Positions 54,697 to 64,000 of a stretch of DNA of 64,000 nucleotides are shown in pieces. Every line of letters starts with the position of its first letter. Within the stretch, counting starts at the first letter, position 1. Below the pieces are notes generated by a model, which saw only the letters and a program-made list of their open reading frames with translations, was not told where the DNA came from and made no database searches. The stretch is taken from NCBI GenBank assembly GCA_043228905.1, contig JBHGNT010000011.1, positions 15,066,001 to 15,130,000 of the forward strand. Reading direction: 5' to 3'. Source of the DNA: Azolla caroliniana (Eukaryota; Plantae; Polypodiophyta). The translations under genes and the position numbers were made by a program.

Positions 54697-55146
54697 CAGT
54701 TACGCGCTCTCTCTTCTTCTTGCTCCAACAAGGAAGAATAACAACAACAACAAAAAACGACACACCTAAAAGTTTGCCCTAAGTCATATTTATACTAATA
54801 TGACTTTTCGGCTATTTACAAATGTAGCCTCGATGGGCTCTCAGAAACATATTTACGAATATGTCTCCCCATCCGGCTCATACCGGGCCTACACCATCCG
54901 GTTCATACCGGGTCTACACCATCCGGCTCTCCGCAGTCGGGTACTCCCCATCCGGTTCATACCGGGCCTACACCATCCGGCTCTCCGCAGTCGGGTACTC
55001 ACCATCCGGTTCATACCGGGCCTACACCATCCGGCTCTCCGCAGTCGGGTACTCACCATCCGGTTCATACCGGTTCGGCCTCGGCCGAGTTTGTTCGTCG
55101 GCACTGTTCTTCTCCCTTCCCATCCGGAGGGACCTGTTTCCCAACA
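54385..55146 (-). repeat. 5' LTR of Copia A (762 bp)
   Basis: It matches 44059-44792 with a few substitutions (including the terminal TG read as CG) and one extra 25-bp unit (array AABABABA'). Confidence 0.95.
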
Positions 55147-55621
55147 CAAAATACACATGCCGTCATAAGGGGGGCTAACAAAAAACTAATAAACCTTTAA
55201 ACCAAACCACATAAACCTATAAATTGATAAACGTGAGTGTTTGAACCAAACCGAACTGTTTATTAATAAGTCAAACCAAACCAAACCAAACCATGGTTTA
55301 ATGGTTCAATTCGGTTTGAGCTGAAACCGAGCCCATAACTAGTAGTGATGATGTGTGTGTTCATTTTATATTGACTTAAGACAAATTTGTGGAACTTGCA
55401 ATTACATGGAGTGGAGAGGGAAGTGTTTTATGTGTTGATGTATGACATTGCCATCCTACAATGCCTTGGTTAGCCCACTAAGAGGAACATGACCTCTTGA
55501 AACTCAATAGCGAACCTTGGAAGTGCAAAACTCCAAGGTATGAGTTGTTATTCAATCAAATGGTTGGTATTGTTGTTGTTGGTGGGCAATAGCAACACGA
55601 GAGGGGAGGGGTTACATGCTT

Positions 55622-55908
55622 TCTTTTACATTTTGATAGGGTTGAGAATCTCAATATGAATACAAATGTATGTATGTATGTATGTATGTATGTATGTATA
55701 TGTTTGCATTTATTCTTTGCTTCCAAGAAAATAATAGGACTTAGCCATTTTATGATTTATGAAACAAGGAGGAGGTGGCACTTGCGTTCTTTTACATATT
55801 GATAGGGTTGAGAATCTCAATATGAATACAAATGTATGTATGTATATGCTTGCATTTATTCCTTGCTTCCAAGAAAATAATAGGACTTAGCAATTTTATG
55901 ATTTATGA
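55622..55908. repeat. Tandem duplication (~140/120-bp units) containing (TATG)n
   Basis: The sequence cttttacat.ttgatagggttgagaatctcaatatgaatacaaatgtatg...caagaaaataataggacttagc.attttatgatttatgaa occurs at ~55622 and ~55789. Confidence 0.85.
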
Positions 55909-56539
55909 ATGAAGGACCATGCAATGTTTTTTACACAACTATGGAAAATTGATGTAGATGATACCATGAAAACTGGGAGGCATATTGTGAGACTGCAAAG
56001 AGAGCTTCGATGGTGCAATCTCTCTTCAATAGTGTATATGTAATGTGGCAAGAGTAGCTGGACAAAGAACCTTAATGCATCCTTGTCGTATTCTCAAACG
56101 CTTATTCACTATCCTCTTACAGTTATCCCTCTTATCATCAACCATCCCACTACATGCTCACCCAACATCTTTTTATGTTTTGTTAGTTATTTGAGTCAAA
56201 GAATTCACATGAGACACATGAAAAGTGTAATCTAGGTGTCATATGTTATTAGACAACTTCTCCTTGCTTATGATGGAAGTTGGAAGCTTAGTGATTTGAA
56301 TGAGGTGAGAAAGAGCACACTTTTCTATTTTAGTGGCACAATCAATGGTAACCTTTAGGTACCTCTAAAATGTATTCATACCTTCTCAAAAAAAATCCAT
56401 GTCAATTCATAAACATGATGTCAATGCACATTGAAACTTTCGTGATAATTTAGTTTCCACACAAAGATTGTGTTGTCCCCTAATATTTCATAAGTTAACT
56501 ATCTCCAGTTTCTATGTCATACTAGCTACATATATGGAG

Positions 56540-58800
56540 ACGCTTTGGCGTCCTCCAGTTTCTGTCAAGTACCTACATTTTTCTATATGGGAAGGGAGGG
56601 GAAATTACTCCTAATATTTGACCCAAACTATGCTCAATTGTTAGCAACTTAACGAGTATCAATGTTGTTGTGTTTGGTATATTTTGGGATATTAATTCGG
56701 GTATTGTTACAAATGAGGCACCTATGAAGGGGTTTTAAATAGTAAATTATTAAAATCTACATAGAGGTAACTTTCTTCATTGATGTTGAAACAAGTTCCT
56801 TATTGTAACGATTTAGCCTCATAACCCTCTACCTTCTTCTAAAACATCGTCTCCATGAAATACTTAATGATCACAACCGTAATTGGTGAGTAGGCTTTCT
56901 TGGATTGTGAAACAATCTTGCTTCTTACCATCAACTTTGCTTTTGGCCCCCCCACCCTCATATGAGTGGTTACACACCATGTTGCATTTGTATAATCCAC
57001 AAGTTGCTTTTGCACCCAACATTTGACTTCTGAATCGTGGAGGACATTAACAAAATTTGGGCCTATACCTCCAATCCCTTGGAACAATCATACTTTTACT
57101 CCCCCAAATTCCCATTTGAAGCTCATTGTGGTTATCCTTTCCATGGCTTATTCCACAAATATTTCAATTGTATTTTATCATGGGCACTACCTTTTAGACT
57201 TGGAGAAATCTCCCCCCTTAGCGACATCAAGTTGATGACCACTTCCTTGGATCATTATATGGTCACTGGTATGATATTGTTGATATGTAATTTGGTCAAG
57301 CATTAGAACTTTGGTCGTTGTGATCAATGGCATAGAGTACGTTTGCTCGATTAAGGTGTATACTCATCGGTGTATATATGTATTCGATTCCACATCTGTC
57401 AATTCCAGACACGACTCAATTTGAAGCGGAGGTAGAGTCAACGTCAAGGGCACAACAAGTTCCTTCTACTCTTTTGAGGATTTGTCAAAAACAAACCATT
57501 AGTGTTCTTGGGATTTTTCTTAGCAGGTCATTATTGAGGCCAAACAGACCAAAATATTGATTAGAGTCGATGGGTTGATGTCTAAAAATCAAATCAACAT
57601 CAAGTTGCTTCTACTCTTTTGAGGATTTGTCAACAACAAACCGTTAGTGTTCTTGGGATTTTTCTTAGCAAGTCATTACTGAGGCCAAACGGACCAAAAT
57701 ATCAATTAGATTGAACAAACCGATTGTCTCAATCAGCGGAAATGGTGATAGATTACCCCTATGCTATTGAACACAAAATAAGGATCATCGGATATGACGA
57801 CCATAAATGGTATATTGATCCAATGATAGAGGAAATAAGACCACATTGGATGTTGTGGGTGTTAGCTAAAAAACCGCTATTCAGATTAGATTGGGACCCA
57901 ATTGATTATCAATGGATAGATCCTTACATGGGTAACAAATTCAATTTCTTCCAATATTCTGTACAATTGGGAAGATTGCATATCAATATGTTGCCAATTG
58001 CATATCAATATTGGAATCAACAAGGTATTACTCCCCAATTTCTTGCAAAATTCTAGGATATCTTATGGGCAAGAAAACAACCACACAAAATATTGCATGT
58101 ACAAAGGTTAGTTGTACACCGGGCATTGTCGGTTGGCACATGGTTGAATAGGATGGGAGTATCTTCTGTTTGTACTCGATGTCATTTACAAACGGAAACT
58201 CAAAAACATTGTTTATGGGAATTCATTGAGTCTCAACTTATATGGCAACGTCTCCTTAGAATTTTTGCTAATTATTTTCCCCCATTACTTTTCACTCGGG
58301 GCATGGTGGTTTGGACATCACTTGTCCGTGATGCGTTCCATTATGACACCGAATCTATGGACCATGGGTTCTACACTAAATATGGAAGTGTTCATACATT
58401 ACCACAACTGTCATTATAGTTTTCGGAAGTACGGAAGGAAGTTCAGGTAGTATGGGAGATACTGAGTAGTACCATTGTATATCACATTTGGAAGACTAAG
58501 GGCTTTCTCGTTTCCATCAACTTAAAACACCACCAGTTGAAGTGGTTTCAAATATTTGGTTAGACATAGTTCATACTTTGAAGGGTCAAAGGGATGGTAT
58601 ACCTAGAGATTCTGAGGCTAAAATTGCTCAACAGGATGAGTTTCTTATTAGCCGGATAACTACTCCATTCATGACTTCTAATTACGGCACACCTTATTGG
58701 CATTTTCAGCCTCCGAAATGGTTGTTTCCTCCGCCGATCACATAGAGATTTAAAATCTTGTAAAACGTTTTATACTAATGTCAAGATATCTCCTTTAATA
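56540..58800 (+). mobile_element. Decayed 3' portion of a second LINE family, ending at (TA)n
   Basis: It encodes LFRLDWDPIDYQW, a zf-RVT-like HRALSVGTW...CTRC...ETQKHCLWE and a Trp/Pro-rich C-terminus QPPKWLFPPPIT* (stop ~58745), followed by a short 3' UTR and (TA)n at ~58798-58822. An internal ~130-bp duplication lies at ~57455/57600. The left boundary is uncertain. Confidence 0.75.
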
Positions 58801-58879
58801 TATATATATATATATATATATATCAATTAGAAATAGCATCACCATGTAGAGGGAATGAACGATAGTCGCAACTTTCAGA

Positions 58880-59130
58880 ACATACATACATATATTTCGT
58901 ACATGCATACATACAAACATACATACATATACTTAAAGTTACATGCATACATACTGACTGATACATACATACATACATACACATACATACATATGATACA
59001 TATATACATACAATCACATCCATACATACATACACATACATACATATGATACATACATACATACAATCACATCCATACATACATATACTTACATGCATAC
59101 AGACTGATACATACATTTACATACATACAA
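58880..59130. repeat. Compound (TACA)n microsatellite upstream of the UBC gene
   Basis: CATACATACATA units interleaved with repeated CAATCACATCCATAC. Confidence 0.9.
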
Positions 59131-59316
59131 TGTATGGATGTGAAAAGATGAGCTCATAAAATGGATTCCATGAAGGAAAGGATAAAATACAGGTCAATGT
59201 GAGAGAGAGGAAGAGAGAGAGAGAGAGAGAGTGCTCTTCTTCTTCGTTCCAATCAAAGCCTTCTTTCTGCACACGCACAGAAACAGAGAGAAGCATCGTC
59301 ATTATCGTCATCATCC

Positions 59317-61894
59317 ATGGCTTCCTCTGCCCAACTTCGCCTCATGTCTGATCTGAAGGCCATGTGCAATGAGCCTCCTGAGGTTTTTATTCCTTTTTTT
59401 CTTACAGTTCCTTCTTTTTTCCTGGCTCTAGGGTTTTTCTTTTTTGCTCTCTGGTTTTTTGGGGTTCTTTCTTATTTCAAGGTTCTATTCTTTTACTGAA
59501 TTCATGTTTTGTTTTTCTTGAATGTTTATAGGGTTTTCTTTCTTTAACTCATTTCTTATTTTCCTTCTTAGTTGATTTTGGGTTTTCGTTTTCTTAATCT
59601 TCAGGGATGCAGTGCTAGCCCTTACGGAGATGACAATCTGTTTGTGTGGAGTGCCACTATTTTTGGACCTGAGGATACACCTTGGGAAGGTTAGCTCTCG
59701 CTTACATAAGGAAAAAAAGGGAAAAAAGGACTATCTTTTTCTTGAATATATACATACATGCACATATGTACATACACACACATTCACAGAATATACGTAT
59801 ATATGTGTGGGATTTCTGTCTTTTTGTTGTTTAGCGTAGTTCTCTCTTCAGATTGAAAGGCTTTGCAGAGGTCTCTTATGTGTACAACATTGCAAGTGCT
59901 TAAATATATTATAATGGCATACCACGGGAAGGGTAGCTCTTTGAATATAAGGAAGTCTTCTAGATTTTCCTTTGTTATTCACATTGAAAGGTGTTTTAGA
60001 TATCTCTTTTCTAGATGCCATTATAATAGATGAAACATGTTATCATGAAACACATTGGTAAGGCTAGCTCCTGACCTAAAATAAAACATTGCATTTTTTT
60101 TTTTTCGCTCATTTAAGATATTTTAGTGTTTGAGGATGAAAAACTTTGTAGAGATGGTGAGGTTTCTTGTTTAGTAACATTGGAATATATTTAAATATCT
60201 AGTGAACTTTGTCTTTGTTGAGAAGAACTCTCTGCAAAGAGATATTTTTAACAGCCAACCATTAGTATTTCAGCATTGTAATTCCTTAATAACTAAAAAC
60301 AATATTTTTTCTTAGTTTTTTCATTCATTATGAATTCATACAACTCATAATATTTCTTTCACTTAGACACCATTGTACCACATGAATGTGTGGAAAGCTG
60401 TGTGTCAATGATTTTATTTTTCCATTCAATTATTTTAAATGGTTTAAAGGCATGTGCTTTTTTATGATTCTTGACAATTCTTGTGGATTCATGAGACGGT
60501 AAAGGCTTTTTTTTAACAGCATTTACATGCCCAATAACCTCACCCTGTTGTGGTTCAGTTGAATGAGAAGAACATCTATTTTTGGGTGTTAATGGGCTGT
60601 GAAAATGAATTGATTAATCCAATTCTAGAGGACAAATGTTTAATTTGGCAGTGAGAAATATATTTGGAATGCCATTTTTAGGGCTGAAGCATTAGTTGAT
60701 TATTAAGAGTAATGATATCAAAGTCAAAATACATATGCCTTTACAGTTAATGTAACGGCAAACCTATGGATTTGGACTTGAACCCATAACTTTTAGATTC
60801 TAAACCATAAGCATTACTACGAGAACACCAAATTAAAGCATTTCAACTGCAGTGGAATTGTATAATGGATATGTGGATGACATGCTTTCACATTGTACTA
60901 ATTGTGGTATCTAAGGCAATCCTTTTGTTGGAGTAACTAAACACATTCTATCTTGGTTTCGTCTTTAGGTGGCATCTTTTCGTTACGGCTGACATTTGGT
61001 GAACACTATCCTGAAAAGCCTCCCAGGGTCCGATTTACATCAGAAATGTTTCATCCCAATGGTTAGTCAGTGTATATTCATTTTTCGTTAATAAAGAGAT
61101 AAACTCTGTAAAATGAATGCAATATTTTGACTTATTTACTCATCGTTGCTTATTGGACTGATTCGAGGATGACTGTGCGCCTGTAGTGTACACTGATGGT
61201 ACTGTATGCATGGATATCATTCAGGATGCATGGTCTCCATGCCATAATGTCTCAACAATTCTTACGTCCATTCAGGTAACTGATGTTTCTGAGTGTGAGA
61301 TAGAGTGAGAGAGATGACGATGCTAAGAGAATCATTTTCTCCAGTCATAAAGTATATAGTCTGAATTTGTATATTTGCTTTTAATGTTGTTTTCTGCAAA
61401 CAGTCCTTATTGACAGATCCCAATGTAGCAAGCCCTGCCAATCCAGAAGCAGCTCATTTGTATCAAAATGATATTAAGACGTATAACAGGTGATCCTTTT
61501 TCTCATTCGTCTATACATAAGATTGATATTATCAATATTTGATTTTATATATGAATGATGAAAAATCATGTCGCTAAACATTATTGTTACTGTCAATTTA
61601 ACTTAACTGGAAAATCACTTTTTTTAAGAGAAGCACTAGATCCATAACACTAAAGCATTATTCATGTTTTTAGTTACGTAACATTAGTTCCAGTGTTAAT
61701 GTTACAAGTGCATGACCTTAAAACTGAAAACATTTTGGAGACAATTGAGTGTACATGATCTTAAACTGAAGTCACTGTTAATGTTTTGTATTACATAACA
61801 CTAGACCCATCATTGTAGATTTGAACTCACAACCTTATGATCGTTTTTTGACAGGAGGGTGAGGCAATGTGTCTGCAAGTCATTGGAACAGTGA
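59317..61894 (+). CDS. Ubiquitin-conjugating enzyme E2, RAD6/UBC2-related, 6 exons, 152 aa
   Basis: Exons 59317-59382, 59605-59689, 60969-61061, 61187-61275, 61404-61489 and 61855-61894 (459 nt) give ...[12 protein letters not shown]...[56 protein letters not shown]... The HPN motif and the catalytic Cys are present. Confidence 0.95.
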
Positions 61895-62799
61895 GTGATA
61901 TATGCATATTTAGTCTTAAATATGACGATGTCAAGCTCATCTAATTCCATAGCTCTTAGATGCTTCATATCTATTGTACATGTCATAATTGTAGTTTATG
62001 CTAGTATTTAAGAGTAATTTATGGATTTGGATTAGTAATTGTCTGATGTGGTTTCTTCCTTCAAAAACATCAATTGTAAATGACTTCGTCAAGATTGAAA
62101 GATTTATTGAATGAATAGATTCAGATGAATTACTTCTGGCTTTGAGTTCAATGTGGAAATGATGTGATTTTATTTTTGTTAGATCATTTTATCTACCTAT
62201 CTATTGTCAAGGTAGTATTTCTATTGAATTTCCTATAAATCTAGTTATGTCTGAACAAGTGGGTTTTCCACTTCATGTAGATATACATGAATCCAAGGAA
62301 TCTGGTGGTTTTCCACTTCCATGTACAGTTTATTCTTGTGTACTAGTGGTAACATGGGATTTTGCCATGCTATCATTATCATATTTGTGTTTAAGATGCA
62401 TGTTGCAAGTATTTGATTTAACTGTTCAGCACTGCATGAGTGATTGCAGCCTACTATTAGCCATGGCCCATTCCCATTGTGACTTCACATGAAAGTATTT
62501 GGAATCTCCAATTTGCATTTCAGACTTTATTGGTGGTTTTCCACGTTCTCACAAATTTGAACTTTCAATATAATATATCATGACTTAAGAATTTAGCATT
62601 GTCAGTTATTGGAGCCTATGATTGCATACCATGTTTTCCAATGTGACACATAATGAATCTTTAGAATCTCCAATTGCCATTTTCAACCCTGAACGCATCA
62701 AAGGTTATTTGAACCACCTTTCCAACCTCTAATATCTCAGTAGTACATAAAGTTGTGTTCTCAGGCAATTGATGGAAATAAACATTAATTCCCAGTATA

Positions 62800-63330
62800 C
62801 AGTCCATAATCCTTCTTTGCAATCTTCATTGTGTTTTTAAATTAACAATTTATGAATTTAATATTGAAACTATTTTAAAAGAGATCAAAGCAAGCAATTG
62901 TGTGGAGGGTTGGGAACATATCTCATCATATTAATAACAATATTATTTAAGGAGACCATGACCCGAAGATCTCACTCACAGTCCATAATCCTTCTTTGCA
63001 ATCGTCATTATGTTTAAATTATCCATTTGTGAATTTAATATCAAATCTCTTTTAAAAGAGATCAAAGCAAGGAGACCATGACCTAATAATTAATGGCTTA
63101 GAACATACCTCATGGTATTCATAACAATATTATTTAAAGAGACCATGACCTAATAATTCCACTCATTCCCAGCATATAGTGTCCATAATCCTTCTTTGCA
63201 ATCTTCATTGTGTTTAAATTATCCATTCATGAAATTAATATCACATCTATTTCAAACGAGAAGAAGCAATTATGTGAAGGGCTGAGAACATATCTCATGG
63301 TATTGTTAACAATATAGGAGCCATGACCTG
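62800..63330. repeat. Three diverged ~180-200-bp tandem repeats
   Basis: GTCCATAATCCTTCTTTGCAATC.TCATT.TGTTT recurs at ~62802, ~62981 and ~63181. GAGACCATGACC or GGAGCCATGACC recurs four times. Confidence 0.85.
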
Positions 63331-64000
63331 ATTATCCCCCTTACACAGTAAAGATAATTCTTAATCTAGTCTACATATCATTTATTGCCTTTAGCACCAC
63401 TCACAAGCCAGAATAATTCTTAATATTGTGAAGAATCGCTATATTTACAGGTATTTAATCAAATATATGTCACATATGTCACAGTAAGGATCGTTTTAAA
63501 GGAAAATGCATACACATGAACATTTTTCATATTGCATAAAGTTGTCTTTAAAAATGCACATATACTTACCATTTATCACATCTCTTTGAAGCGTCCCATA
63601 GACATGAGCATTTATCACATGGTTTAGTCATTGGCATTCAGGATAATGACTCTTCGACAAACACAAATACGCCTGTTCAGTTTTCAGGATAATGATCTCT
63701 TTGACAAACACAGACCATTTGTCACATAGAGAGATGTGGCTTCCATAAAGAAAGAGACATACATCTAGACATTAATCATTCATATATACCTTCCTGTTTG
63801 AGATAAGAATCTCTTTAAAGAGACTGCTAAACACTTGATCATTTGTCATATAGTTTAATGTTAGCAATAGCATCTACACAAACAAAGTTGTGTCCAAAAC
63901 GTTGACAGAAATGAAGTGCTTTGGAGTTTTTTAAAAGAAAAACAGAAAACCAAAACCCAAATAAAACCAACTATCTTCCTCCACGCTCAAAATCAACTCT

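Larger units (their letters stand above)
44059..55146 (-). mobile_element. Ty1/Copia retrotransposon A (Tnt1/Tork-like), full length but degenerate, interrupted in gag by Copia B
   Basis: LTRs are at 44059-44792 and 54385-55146, with a 5-bp TSD CAAAA (44054-44058 / 55147-55151). The Met-i PBS TGGTATCAGAGC is at 54371-54382 (minus) and the PPT GAAGGGGGAG lies next to 44792. Confidence 0.96.
43403..55342. mobile_element. AACCG-rich non-autonomous DNA transposon (MITE/hAT-like), split by nested insertions (own sequence ~43403-43728 and ~55174-55342)
   Basis: Both flanks carry dense AAACCAAACCGAACC subterminal motifs. The ends are imperfect inverted repeats: TAGCAATGGGTCCAGTTT... and ...AAACCGAGCCCATAACTA. 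Confidence 0.6.

Noticed and set aside
58823-59314. ORFs rich in MYVCMY / HTYI (also at 32049-32431 and 35378-35768)
   Set aside because: They are translations of (TACA)n and (TA)n microsatellites.

Overview
This is eukaryotic nuclear DNA from a land plant. A non-seed plant such as a fern is inferred from the TE lineages and the UBC paralog, and is not proven. I could assemble five intact spliced genes by hand (GT-AG introns, reading frame preserved): ATAD3-type mitochondrial AAA ATPase (+, 20137-25277), RPL22e (-, 27174-28352), a minimal GNAT acetyltransferase of the At1g77540 type (+, 31895-34077), an RlmN radical-SAM RNA methyltransferase with a putative transit peptide (+, 35830-41324) and a RAD6-like E2 (+, 59317-61894). 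There are two nested transposon clusters. The first (1-16.9 kb) holds a decayed Tf2/Tcn1-like Ty3/Gypsy, a Copia remnant whose LTR is split by a LINE sitting in a (CT)n tract, and a young full-length Ylt1-like Ty3/Gypsy. The second (43.4-55.3 kb) has an intact Copia inside an older Copia, inside a short insert bounded by 8-bp direct repeats, inside an AACCG-rich MITE-like element. The most notable object is the Ylt1-like element (8244-15307). It has a 4-bp TSD, an 18-nt tRNA-Trp PBS, the protease encoded with Gag, and a GGAUUUU slippery site plus a predicted H-type pseudoknot before RT. Its LTRs contain no CAG/CTG and carry a tRNA-like module. Also notable are a perfect ERSE/UPRE upstream of ATAD3 and LINE 3' ends that abut dinucleotide microsatellites. 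No CRISPR array, rRNA or real tRNA gene was found. All analysis was by eye; family assignments come from remembered motifs, not database searches.
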